Assembly: GCA_905182885.1 (NCBI GenBank)
Contig: CAJJCW010000001.1
Coordinates: forward strand, 439,256 to 503,255
From: SAR86 cluster bacterium SAR86B
GTDB lineage: Bacteria; Pseudomonadota; Gammaproteobacteria; Magnimaribacterales; D2472
Direction: 5' to 3'
Length of the DNA stretch: 64,000 nt
The position numbers and the translations under genes were made by a program. Below are positions 29,918-40,242 of this stretch, piece after piece. Position 1 is the first letter of the stretch. The number at the start of each line of letters is the position of its first letter. The notes beneath the pieces were generated by a model. That model searched no databases. It had not been told where the DNA came from and was given only the letters and a program-made list of their open reading frames with translations.

Positions 29918-30382
29918 ATGGTCGTTAATATAATTAGCGTTGGCAACAAGCTAACCCCATGGGAATCTCAAGGTATTGAGTATTATCAAAAACAGCTTCC
30001 CAAAAATATTTCTTTAAGCTTCATCGAGATTAAGGGTCAGCAGCATCCTAAAAGATCAATTGATGAGGTAAAGAAATTAGAATCCGAATTAATACTTAAT
30101 AAAATCTCAGATGGCGACTATGTAGTTTCTTGGGATTCGAGAGGTAAGAAAATTGATAGCAAGGAGTTTAGTAAATTCTTTGAAGAATCCATGCTAACAA
30201 ACCTAAAGCTTAATTTTATCATTGGAGGTTCATTTGGACTCCCTGAAAAGATTATTGAAATATCAGATAAAGTTCTCTCAGCCTCTAGTTTTACTTTTCC
30301 TCACAGACTTTTTAGAATAATATTAGTTGAGCAGATTTATAGATCTTTTTCTATAATCAACAAGGCGCCTTATCATAAATGA
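29918..30382 (+). CDS. rlmH: 23S rRNA (pseudouridine1915-N3)-methyltransferase RlmH
   Basis: 154 aa of SPOUT fold with the C-terminal FPHRLFRIILVEQIYRS...PYHK. Synteny supports the call. Confidence 0.9.
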   Translation: MVVNIISVGNKLTPWESQGIEYYQKQLPKNISLSFIEIKGQQHPKRSIDEVKKLESELILNKISDGDYVVSWDSRGKKIDSKEFSKFFEESMLTNLKLNFIIGGSFGLPEKIIEISDKVLSASSFTFPHRLFRIILVEQIYRSFSIINKAPYHK

Positions 30383-32213
30383 TTGAACTTGAAGAGCGAA
30401 ATCTTGAAAAGAAAAGTTTCTTTAATAGACTAGTTTTAATTTATTTCTTCTTTGGAATTTTATTTTCTTTTTTCATCTATCAAACTTATTCCTTGCAAGT
30501 ATCTAGTTTCTCAGAATATACATCAGCCTCTCTAAAAAATAAGACAAGGGATATGTTAGTTCAACCTGCGAGAGGAATTATTTATGACAGAAGCGGGAAT
30601 ATTCTTGTTAATAATGTTCCAAGTTATAGCTTAATAATAAAGCCTTGGAAGATAGAAAGCCTAGATAGCTTTATCTCAAGCATTGGAAAGATTATTTCAC
30701 TTAATGAAAAAGAGATGAACTATGTCAATGAAAATTTTAAAAAGAAAGCGGCCTACAATAGAGAACTCACTGTTAAGAGCAACCTAACATCCGAAGAGAT
30801 TGCCAAATTTGAGGTTAGGAGTTACAAATATCCTAATGCCTTTATTGATGTTAGATATAGCAGGCAAAGCAAATACCCAGATCTATTTTCACATGCCATA
30901 GGTTATGTTGGCGGTGTCAGTAATGATCAGCTTTCAGAGATATTCTCTGAACAAAAATTAAAGCAAATTGAAACTTTATATAAATATTCAAATGGTTATT
31001 TGATTGGTAAAACGGGTATCGAATATACCTATGACAATTTACTAAGAGGTTCCTTTGGAAAGAAAACATATGAGGTTGATGCTGCTGGAAGGTTTTTAAG
31101 AGAGCTTGAATACAACCTCCTGTAGTTGGAGGTAATTTATTTACTACTTTAGATCTTGAGGCTCAGAAAACAGCATTAGAGCAAATGAATAAGAGAAGAG
31201 GGGCTGTGGTTGCTGTTGAAATAGAAACAGGGTCTATTGTTACTTATTTAAGCTCACCATCTTTCTCAGTTAATGATATTGCTGGTGGTATGTCTACTAT
31301 AGATTTTAATGCCTTATCAAAAGATACTGATAAACCTTTTTTTGATAGAGCCGGACAGGGAAGATATTCCCCAGCTTCAACAATAAAGCCATTAATAGGA
31401 TTATTCGGCCTTCAAGAAAAAATTATTAATTGGGATTTTACGATTGATGACCCAGGATTTTTTATTCTCCCAGAAGATCAAAGAGTTTATCGGGGATGGA
31501 AGAAAGGAGGACATGGAACAATCACTTTAAATGATGCGCTAATTCAGAGCTCTAATACATTCTTCTTTTCTTTAGCTTATGAATCAAATATTGATAAATT
31601 AATTAACTATCTCTCAGAATTCGGGTTCGGAAAGAATCCGTGCCTTGATTGTTTCAATTCTGATAAGGGTCTGCTTCCAAGCCCAGAGTGGAAGATGAAT
31701 AATTTAAATTTTGGTTGGTTTAAAGGCGACACTGTAAACTTAGGAGTCGGACAGGGTTATTTAAGTGCTACCCCACTTCAACTCTCATATTACTCTGCTT
31801 TTCTTGCAAACAAAGGAAGTCTAAAAAAACTCTCGTTTATAAAGGGTGACAATTCAGAATCTTTAGGCTTGAATAATTCTGCAATTACAGACTCAGATTG
31901 GGATAAGATCCACGAAAGTATGATTGGAGTAATTGAAAACCCAAAAGGAACTGCCAGAAGGTTAAAATCTTTAAAATCTTACATTATTGCCGCTAAATCT
32001 GGAACAGTTGAGCTTGTAAGTACTGATACTAAGGAAGACTATCAAATTGTAAGAGAGAATAAGGGTAATCGAGATCATGCAATTATTATTGCTTTTGGCC
32101 CTATGCCAAATCCTAAGTATGCTGTTAGTGTGGTAATTGAAAATGGAGAAAGCGGAGGCTCAGTTGCCGGACCAGTGGCTATAGAAGTTTTAAACAGCTT
32201 ATTAAATAAATGA
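30379..32213 (+). CDS. mrdA: Peptidoglycan D,D-transpeptidase PBP2, split by a frameshift
   Basis: ORF 30379-31125 is the N-terminal/pedestal part. ORF 31185-32213 is the transpeptidase (STIKP = SxxK, SSN = SxN, KSGT = KSG). The downstream frame is open from 31110 (..QPPVVGGNLFTTLDLEAQ..), so the shift lies within 31110-31122. Confidence 0.9.
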
Positions 32214-33310
32214 AAAAGAAATTAAATTTTACAAAATTTAGCATTTACTTTGATCCATATTTATTTATTGCAATTACGTTGCTTTCTGTAATGGGCTTGG
32301 TATTTCTATATAGCGCATCCCAAGGTGATATCAATACCATTGTTAAGCAATCAGTCTTTGTTGGTTTTGGTTTAATTTTAATGTTTATGATGAGCCAGCC
32401 AGACCCAGACTTTTATAATACATTTTCGGGTGTATTTTTAATTTTTTCGTTAATTCTCATATTTGCCACCATGATCTTTGGCAAAGAGATCAATGGGGCT
32501 AAAAGATGGTTAGACCTAGGTATTTTTACACTTCAATCATCTGAGATTATAAAGATATCTTTACCAATTTTTCTATCCTCTTATTTATATAACAAGCCTT
32601 TACCAATCAATCTTAGACATACATTTATAACTTTAAGCTTAATTGGTTTTACTTTTTTATTGATAGCTAGGCAGCCAGATCTCGGAACAGGATTGGTTGT
32701 TCTTATGGCGGGAGCCTATATTTTATTTTTAGCAGGCTTAAGCTGGAGATTTATAGGAACCTCTTTTGGAATATTTCTCTTGTCATTACCATTCTTGTGG
32801 AATAACTTTTTAGAGCCCTTTCAAAGGCAGAGAATCCAAACACTTTTTAATCCAAATGCAGATCCTTTTGGAACTGGATGGAACATCACCCAATCCAAAA
32901 TTGCCATCGGCTCTGGAGGCATTAATGGAAAAGGTTTTCAAGAGGGCTCTCAGGCACATTTAGATTTTCTACCAGAAGCAGAAACAGATTTCATTTTTGC
33001 AGTGGTTGCAGAAGAGTTCGGTTTTATAGGAGTTTGCATTCTTCTAAGTATCTTTTTCTTTATTTTATTGCGATGTTTATATCTTGCCTTCAACGCAAGA
33101 GATAGGTTTTGCAGATTGACTATAGGAGGACTAAGTTTAGTTTTCGCATCAACTTTATTTATAAATCTCTCTATGGTTGCTGGAATTATTCCAGTTGTGG
33201 GTATGCCACTTCCATTTATAAGCAAAGGAGGTTCATCTTTGCTATCATTCTATTTAGCTTTTGGAATAATAATATCAATGGCAACGCATAAAAAATTAAT
33301 GCAGCACTGA
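32210..33310 (+). CDS. rodA: SEDS-family peptidoglycan polymerase RodA
   Basis: 366 aa and polytopic. Conserved QPDLGT, GWNITQSKIAIGSGG and TDFIFAV motifs are present. It overlaps mrdA by 4 nt. Confidence 0.9.
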   Translation: MKKKLNFTKFSIYFDPYLFIAITLLSVMGLVFLYSASQGDINTIVKQSVFVGFGLILMFMMSQPDPDFYNTFSGVFLIFSLILIFATMIFGKEINGAKRWLDLGIFTLQSSEIIKISLPIFLSSYLYNKPLPINLRHTFITLSLIGFTFLLIARQPDLGTGLVVLMAGAYILFLAGLSWRFIGTSFGIFLLSLPFLWNNFLEPFQRQRIQTLFNPNADPFGTGWNITQSKIAIGSGGINGKGFQEGSQAHLDFLPEAETDFIFAVVAEEFGFIGVCILLSIFFFILLRCLYLAFNARDRFCRLTIGGLSLVFASTLFINLSMVAGIIPVVGMPLPFISKGGSSLLSFYLAFGIIISMATHKKLMQH

Positions 33311-33342
33311 AACCTTTATAAGTATTTAATGTCTAAAATTAT

Positions 33343-34374
33343 ATGAAAAAATACATTTTAACTCTTTTAATTTCCTTCCCTCTACTTGCAGATTATTCAT
33401 CTCATCTAGAGGCGGAATCTGTAATCAAAGAATTAACTGAAGAACATGGTTTTGATAAATCTTATGTTTTAAAAATATTATCAAATGCAAAGAAACAACA
33501 AAAAATAATTGATTCTATTTCAACACCAGCAGAATTTACATGGACATGGGATAGATATAAAAAATTATTTATTGAAGAGAAAAGAATCTCAAATGGTAAA
33601 AAGTTTATCCAGGATAATATCCAAACCTTCTCAAGGGTGGAGGATGAGTTTGGAGTGCCCAAAGAAGTAATAACTGCGATTATTGGCGTTGAGACCAGAT
33701 ACGGAAGAATACAAGGGAGTTACAGAGTTATCGATAGTCTTACAACCCTGGGTTTTGATTACCCAAGAAGAGCTAAATTTTTTAGAAGTGAGTTAATAAA
33801 ATTTTTTCTTTTAACCAGAGAAAACGATTTAGATATTCTTGAAGTGAAGGGCTCTTATGCTGGAGCTATGGGTTATGGGCAGTTTATTTCTTCAAGCTAT
33901 AGAGCATACGCTATTGATTACGATGGAGATGGGTATGCAGATCTTTTTAACTCAGTTGAGGATGCTATTGGCAGCGTGGCTAACTATCTAAAGGTTCATG
34001 GCTGGAAGCGAAACGGTGATATTGTTCAAAAAATCAATCTAAACAATGTAAGAAAGCCTTATAGAAACAATGAAGAATCAAATAAATTTATACCTTTAAT
34101 GTTTAGTGAAGGAACTAATGAGACTTATGAAGTAAAAGAAGGTGATTCATTGTTAGAAATAGCTATAACTAATAATATTAAGCTCAAAGAATTAATGCTG
34201 CTAAATAATATCTCCAATCAAAATTTTATTAAAACGGGTCAAAAGCTAGTTCTAAATTCAAAAAAAGATGTTTATTTTATAGGTGACGATAATTTTATTG
34301 CCATTACCAAATATAATATTAGTCATTTTTACGCAATGGCAGTCTATTATTTATCAAAAGAGTTAAAAATATGA
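33343..34374 (+). CDS. mltB: Lytic murein transglycosylase B family with an embedded LysM domain
   Basis: 343 aa with a signal peptide. IGVETRYG (catalytic Glu region) and GAMGYGQF are present. A LysM-like stretch YEVKEGDSLLEIAITNNIKLKELMLLNNI...GQKLVL (~34125-34256) precedes the C-terminal NFIAITKYNISHFYAMAV. Confidence 0.8.
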   Translation: MKKYILTLLISFPLLADYSSHLEAESVIKELTEEHGFDKSYVLKILSNAKKQQKIIDSISTPAEFTWTWDRYKKLFIEEKRISNGKKFIQDNIQTFSRVEDEFGVPKEVITAIIGVETRYGRIQGSYRVIDSLTTLGFDYPRRAKFFRSELIKFFLLTRENDLDILEVKGSYAGAMGYGQFISSSYRAYAIDYDGDGYADLFNSVEDAIGSVANYLKVHGWKRNGDIVQKINLNNVRKPYRNNEESNKFIPLMFSEGTNETYEVKEGDSLLEIAITNNIKLKELMLLNNISNQNFIKTGQKLVLNSKKDVYFIGDDNFIAITKYNISHFYAMAVYYLSKELKI

Positions 34375-35525
34375 AAAAATTACTATTACTAGCACTCAGC
34401 ATTCCCTTCTTTTTAGATGCTCAAAGTTTTATTCCAGATGCGCCCGATCTGGATTTAAAAAGTTATATTTTAATTGAGCCTAATACAAATACAGTAATAG
34501 CTGAATTTAATTCAGATTTTGAGATAGTCCCAGCAAGTATGACTAAGATTATGACTACTTATATAGCTGCTGAGTATTTGGCTGATGGGGCAATATCCTT
34601 AGAAGAAGAGGTCTTAATCAGCACAAAGGCATGGAAGATGAAGGGTTCCAGGATGTTTATTGAGCAAGGCAAGAAAGTAACAATGTCAGACCTTCTTAGA
34701 GGGATGATGATTCAGTCTGGAAACGACGCATCTGTGGCGATAGCTGAATTCTTGGGAGGAAATGAAGAAGGCTTTGTGGATCTAATGAATGCTTATGCGG
34801 CTGATCTTGGAATGGTCAATACTAATTTTTTTGATGCATCTGGACTTTCAGATTTAAATACCACTACAGCAGAGGATCTAGCAATTCTCTCATCAAATTT
34901 TATAAATAAATTTCCAGAAACTTACGCACTTTATAAGGAGAAAAGTTTTACTTATAACAACATTAAGCAAATGAATAGAAATAAATTACTCTGGAGAGAT
35001 TCAACTTCTGATGGAATGAAGACTGGCTGGACGGAATCAGCTGGCTATTGTTTGGTCGGCTCCTCAAAAAGAGGCAATATGCGACTCATCACAGTGGTAG
35101 CTGGAAGCAGAACAGAAAATGACAGATTTTTGGCGTCACAAAGATTATTGGAGTATGGGTTTAAATGGTATGTAACTCAGAAAGTAATAGATGCCAATAA
35201 AGAATATCAGAATATTAAAATATGGGGTGGTCAAGAAGACACACTTAGCTTGGGTTTTGCAAATGATATTTCTATCACCTTGCCTAGGAAAGATTTTAAA
35301 GATCTAAAAATTAATTACAAATATCAGAATAATATTCAAGCGCCAATTAGCCTTGGTGAAAAAATTGGAATACTTGAAATTAGAAGCAATGATGAGATTA
35401 TTCTAGTATCTGATCTTGTCGCCTTACAGGACATTGAAGCAAAAGGCTTCTTTGGAAGATTGTGGTCTAAATTTGTTTTATGGATCTTTGGGTTATTCGG
35501 AATGGCAGACAATGGATCAGATTGA
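34371..35525 (+). CDS. D-alanyl-D-alanine carboxypeptidase (PBP5/6 class)
   Basis: 384 aa with a signal peptide. SMTK (SxxK), SGN (SxN) and KTG motifs are present, plus a C-terminal amphipathic anchor. Confidence 0.85.
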   Translation: MKKLLLLALSIPFFLDAQSFIPDAPDLDLKSYILIEPNTNTVIAEFNSDFEIVPASMTKIMTTYIAAEYLADGAISLEEEVLISTKAWKMKGSRMFIEQGKKVTMSDLLRGMMIQSGNDASVAIAEFLGGNEEGFVDLMNAYAADLGMVNTNFFDASGLSDLNTTTAEDLAILSSNFINKFPETYALYKEKSFTYNNIKQMNRNKLLWRDSTSDGMKTGWTESAGYCLVGSSKRGNMRLITVVAGSRTENDRFLASQRLLEYGFKWYVTQKVIDANKEYQNIKIWGGQEDTLSLGFANDISITLPRKDFKDLKINYKYQNNIQAPISLGEKIGILEIRSNDEIILVSDLVALQDIEAKGFFGRLWSKFVLWIFGLFGMADNGSD

Positions 35526-36339
35526 AGGAGTATTCAATGGGAGTTTTGAACTAGTAGAGAATATTAAAATATCTCCTTTTAGCAGAGCTTACACATTCTC
35601 TGATAGTATCTATGAAGTTGTTCCTTTCTATAATTCTAAAGCTATAGCTTTTGATATGCATATTAAGAGGCTATTAAGGAGCTCTAATGAACTCTCAATA
35701 GCATTGGATATAGAGCAAGCAAGCAAAGAGATAACACAACTTATATCAAGCTGCTCATCAGAAAATGGTTATGTCTATTATCAAGTAACTCGTGGTCAGG
35801 ATATTATCCGTGCTCACATGTATAGCAAATTAATGGATATTGAGACTTTTGGATATGTCCTTCCTTTTTCCTTTAAAACAAAAACTTTAAAAGTAATGAT
35901 CTGTGAGGATATTAGATGGGGTAGGTGTGATATCAAATCTACATCTCTTCTTGGTAATGTTATGCAGATGAACTCTGCTCAAACACAAGATTGTGATGAG
36001 GTTATTATGCATAAAGAAAATATTTTGACAGAGGCAGGGGCTTCGAATCTATTCTTTGTTAAAAATGGAACTGTTTGCACTCCAGGCCTATCTAACAATA
36101 TATTGCCAGGCATCACACGAGCCTTATTAATAAAAGAAATAAAGAAAATAAATATCCCATTAATTGAAGGTAATTTTGATCTTACAGACCTCTCAAATGC
36201 TTCTTCCGCATGGCTCTCTAGTTCAACAAAAGGTCTTGCTCCAATAACTGATATTGTGAATCTAGAAAATACACTAGACACTCAAGATCCCATCTATCTT
36301 AAATGTAAAGAAGCCTTCGATTATAAATTTTTTAGCTAG
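35512..36339 (+). CDS. Class IV (fold-type IV) aminotransferase, D-amino-acid aminotransferase/PabC-like
   Basis: The N-terminal FSRAYTFSDSIYEVVPFYNSKAIAFDMHIKRLLRSS is typical of fold-type IV. I prefer the ATG at 35512, which overlaps the preceding gene by 14 nt. The track's longer N-terminus lies inside the dac gene. Confidence 0.7.
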   Translation: MDQIEGVFNGSFELVENIKISPFSRAYTFSDSIYEVVPFYNSKAIAFDMHIKRLLRSSNELSIALDIEQASKEITQLISSCSSENGYVYYQVTRGQDIIRAHMYSKLMDIETFGYVLPFSFKTKTLKVMICEDIRWGRCDIKSTSLLGNVMQMNSAQTQDCDEVIMHKENILTEAGASNLFFVKNGTVCTPGLSNNILPGITRALLIKEIKKINIPLIEGNFDLTDLSNASSAWLSSSTKGLAPITDIVNLENTLDTQDPIYLKCKEAFDYKFFS

Positions 36340-37312
36340 CGGTTAGCTTTATTATTAGAGTGTCTAACTCATCCCAAAAATTTTTCTTAATAAGTCCCTT
36401 GTTTGCTAAATCAAGTTCAAAAACATTTCTTTGAAGCCCAATGAGATCTTTTAACGAATGTTTTTTTATAAAACTCATATAACCACTTATTTTATCCCCC
36501 CAAACACCAGATTTTTGAAGACTTGCTTGAGGACTTCTATTCTGAAGTGCGCTGGTTGAGCTATTAACAATCTTCCCAACAATCCAAACCAGTAATGGAG
36601 CATAGTGCCCCTCAGAGCTTTTAATGGAGCTTACTATTCTTAATGCATTTTTGGTATCTCTAGAAATTATCATATCCTCTAGTTCAAAAGGTAAAAATTC
36701 AGAGGAATCTATAACCGATCCTTGAGCCATATTCATTCCATCTTTATAAACTAATTTAAGAATTTTAATTTCGTTTTGCTGAGCAACTAAATTACCAGAA
36801 TTCATTTCATATATACTTTGAACAAGACCATTTCTATCTTGATCTGAGGTGAAGCTGAGCTCATTCTTTAACCAAATTTTTTCTTCAAATGACTTTAATT
36901 TTTTACACTCAACTATTAAAGCAGAGAGATCCATTTGCTTAACCCATTTAGTAGAGGAATTTAATTTCTCATTATGTGAGTTAATTATTATGGCAATATT
37001 TTCCATATTACCAATATTTGGAATTTCAAATATTTTTATTATTTGATCGGGGATCTTTCCTTGATCATGATTGATCTCAATTATCGTTTTTGAACCAAAT
37101 AGAGAACCTCCTGCATTTTCTATAATGGCTTGTTCTATATCTTTAAACCCGTCTTTATTTATAAACTTCCTTTCAGTAAAACCCTTTGCTTTTAAATGAT
37201 TCTTTAAGATATCTTTTGAGTTATTTTTTAAGATAACCTCTGATCCAAATATAAAAAAAATATTAGGAGATTTATCTAAATATTTCTTGATTGATAAGGC
37301 CTCACATTTCAA
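36332..37312 (-). CDS. holA: DNA polymerase III delta subunit
   Basis: 326 aa with the N-terminal ...NIFFIFGSEVILKN...SLFGSKTIIEI pattern. It has the conserved leuS-lptE-holA synteny. Confidence 0.7.
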   Translation of the reverse strand: MKCEALSIKKYLDKSPNIFFIFGSEVILKNNSKDILKNHLKAKGFTERKFINKDGFKDIEQAIIENAGGSLFGSKTIIEINHDQGKIPDQIIKIFEIPNIGNMENIAIIINSHNEKLNSSTKWVKQMDLSALIVECKKLKSFEEKIWLKNELSFTSDQDRNGLVQSIYEMNSGNLVAQQNEIKILKLVYKDGMNMAQGSVIDSSEFLPFELEDMIISRDTKNALRIVSSIKSSEGHYAPLLVWIVGKIVNSSTSALQNRSPQASLQKSGVWGDKISGYMSFIKKHSLKDLIGLQRNVFELDLANKGLIKKNFWDELDTLIIKLTAS

Positions 37313-37772
37313 GAGTACTTACCTCTATAATAATTTGCTGAATAATTTCTTTTTGCATACTTTCTTTTAATAATTTAATCATTTGATTTTGAGCCAATGG
37401 ATTTAACTCATTAGATTTATATCTTTTTGTTGAGCTGAAAGATTTCCTCACAAATGAATCATTTAACCTTAACTCAACTTGAAGCATTAAAGTTATCTCA
37501 CCCTCTAGAGCTCTTAGCGCATTTCCTGCGTAGATATTATATTCTTTAGCTGAATAGCTTGTTATATCTAGGCGGTTATTTACTTGGGATGAATCAGATG
37601 AACCTGTATTAAAAAAATAAGATACTTGATCTTTAAAATTTTGTGGCACAGTCTCATCAAACTTGATGCTATTAAAATCTAAGCCCCCACCTCTCAAAAC
37701 AACTTGGTTGTAGCCGCACGAGCTAACAAAAAAAGCTATAAAGAAGATTGCACTAAGGGAGTATTTAGTCAT
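37302..37772 (-). CDS. lptE: LPS-assembly lipoprotein LptE
   Basis: 156 aa with a lipobox VSSCGY. Its position between leuS and holA is as in other gammaproteobacteria. Confidence 0.65.
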   Translation of the reverse strand: MTKYSLSAIFFIAFFVSSCGYNQVVLRGGGLDFNSIKFDETVPQNFKDQVSYFFNTGSSDSSQVNNRLDITSYSAKEYNIYAGNALRALEGEITLMLQVELRLNDSFVRKSFSSTKRYKSNELNPLAQNQMIKLLKESMQKEIIQQIIIEVSTLEM

Positions 37773-37829
37773 TAAATTATATTAACTACCTATGCAGGAT
37801 ATATCAAAGAATAATTGTCTTATATATTT

Positions 37830-40242
37830 TTAAAAAACAAAATTTATAATTTTTTCTTTTATATAGATAGTTTTCTTAATATCAGCACCTTTAAGATTTG
37901 CTGAAACATTATCAATACTTTTTGCCAAGACCTCTATTTCTTGTTGCGTCAGACCTTTATCAATAGTAATTTTTCCTCTTACCTTTCCGTTAACCTGAAC
38001 AACAAGATCAAATTCAGATACCTCAAGCAGATCCTCTCGAACCTCAGGCCATGAAGACTCTATATTGTCATTAGAGAAATCCCCATAGAAATCATTCCAA
38101 AGATATTCTGATATATGAGGAGCTATTGGATTTAGAGTTTTAAGTAAAATTATTATCGCCTCATTTAGACAGTACTTACTAGACTCATCTGCATCTTCAC
38201 CTTTAAAGCTATCAGGTATAAAGTTTAGTAACTCCATCATTGCAGCTATGGCTGTATTGAATGAATGTCTTGTTTCAAAGTCATTAGTAATTTTGACAAG
38301 AGTAGTATGTGACTTTCTTCTTAAGGCTGTCTCTTCTTTGGTAAAAATAGAAGGCTCTTTTATATCTAAATACTTTCTTTCATTAACAAGATTCCATACT
38401 TTTTTTATAAACCTTGATGCTCCCTCCACGGAGGACTCCGACCACTCTAGACTTTGCTCTGGAGGCGCGGTAAACATCATGTAAAGCCTAACAGTATCAG
38501 CTCCATATTTTTCAATATATGACTGAGGGTCAACAGTATTACCTTTAGATTTTGACATTTTGGCCCCATCTTTTAGAACCATGCCTTGTGTTAAAAGTTT
38601 TTTAAATGGCTCATTGCCTTCAACCATTCCCATATCTCTAAGCGCTTTATGAAAAAATCTTGAATATAATAAATGTAATATGGCATGCTCTATACCTCCT
38701 ATATAAAGATCAACCGGAAGCCAATATTTAGAATTTTCATCAAAAATTTCATTTTTATTATTTGATGAAGTAAATCTGGCGTAGTACCAAGATGAATCCA
38801 TAAAAGTATCAAAAGTATCAGTTTCTCTTTTCAAGTTTTCTGAGATGATTAATAAAATCTTTGTTTTGACTTAGGGGTATGGGTGCTGAGTTAGCTGGGA
38901 GTTCAGGAAGAGTAACTGGCATCTCACTTTCATCCAAAACTCTTGGCTCCCCATTCTCATAAACAACTGGAATAGGGCATCCCCAATATCTCTGCCTGCT
39001 TACTCCCCAATCTCTTAATCTAAATTGAACAAGCTCTTCGCCAAGATCCTTATCTTTTAATTCAGCAACTATTTTTTCAGAAGCATTTTCTGAAGTCATT
39101 CCATTAAAATTACCTGAGTTAATGAGGCTTCCTTTTTGTAATACTGGGAGGCCTTCTTCATCTGTTGATATAACTTGTAATATTTCCATTTGGTACTTAG
39201 ATGCAAACTCAAAATCTCTTTGGTCATGCCCTGGAACACCCATAACAACTCCAGTTCCATAGTCTAGCAAGACAAAATTACCTATCCATACTGGTATTTT
39301 TTTACCAGTCAGGGGGTGAATTGCACTAATGCCAGTATCAATGCCAAGTTTTTCTGCCTTTGCCATATCTGCTTCCGCAGCTTTTGTTTCTTTGCACCTA
39401 TCTAAAAACTTGTTGATAGAGCTATCAGTTTCTGCCAGTTTCAAAGAGATCGAATGATTAGGTGATATTGCTAAGAATGAAACGCCAAAAATCGTGTCCG
39501 GTCTTGTAGAAAATACTGTTAAGTACTCATCAGATTCCTCGATCAAGTATTTAATTTCAGCTCCATTAGATTTCCCAATCCAATTTCTTTGCATCACTTT
39601 TACATTTTCAGGCCAATCAACCTCATCCAAAGATTCCAAAAGCTCATCAGCATAATCTGTTATTTTAATAAACCATTGATCTATTTCTTTAATTTCAATT
39701 TGAGCACCAGATCTCCAACCTTTGCCATCGATTACTTGCTCATTGGCAAGAACTGTTTCATCAATAGGATCCCAATTAACAAATGATTTTTTTCTATAAA
39801 CGAGGCCTTGATCATGAAATCTTTTAAAGATGACTTGTTCCCATTTATAATACTCAGGCTCACAAGTCCTCAATTCTTTTGACCAGTCGTAGCTTAAACC
39901 CAGCGATGCTAATTGCTTCTTCATGTACTCAATATTTTCATTAGTCCAGTCCTTAGGACTAACTTTGTTGGCAATAGCAGCATTCTCAGCAGGAAGACCA
40001 AATGCATCCCATCCCATTGGTTGAAAAACATTAAAATTTCTCATTCTTTTGTATCTAGAAATTACATCGCCTATTGTGTAATTCCTTACATGCCCCATAT
40101 GAAGCTTTCCAGAAGGATAAGGAAACATAGATAGGCAATAGAATTTTTCTCTATTATCTGGAGTGGCTTTAAACTTATCTTCTTTTAGCCATTCTTCTTG
40201 AACGGCTTTCTCGATTTCTTTAGGATTGTATTCAGCTTTCAT
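37830..40242 (-). CDS. leuS: Leucyl-tRNA synthetase, split by a frameshift
   Basis: ORF 38818-40242 has the HMGH (HIGH) motif and the CP1 editing domain. ORF 37830-38834 starts [17 protein letters not shown] and has KMSKSKGN. The two overlap by 17 nt, so the shift lies near 38820-38835 (A-run). Confidence 0.95.

Noticed and set aside
35416-35511. A longer N-terminus for the class-IV aminotransferase (track start 35416)
   Set aside because: The extra 32 codons lie inside the dac gene's C-terminal anchor region in another frame and show no aminotransferase similarity. The ATG at 35512 precedes the conserved fold-IV N-terminus.
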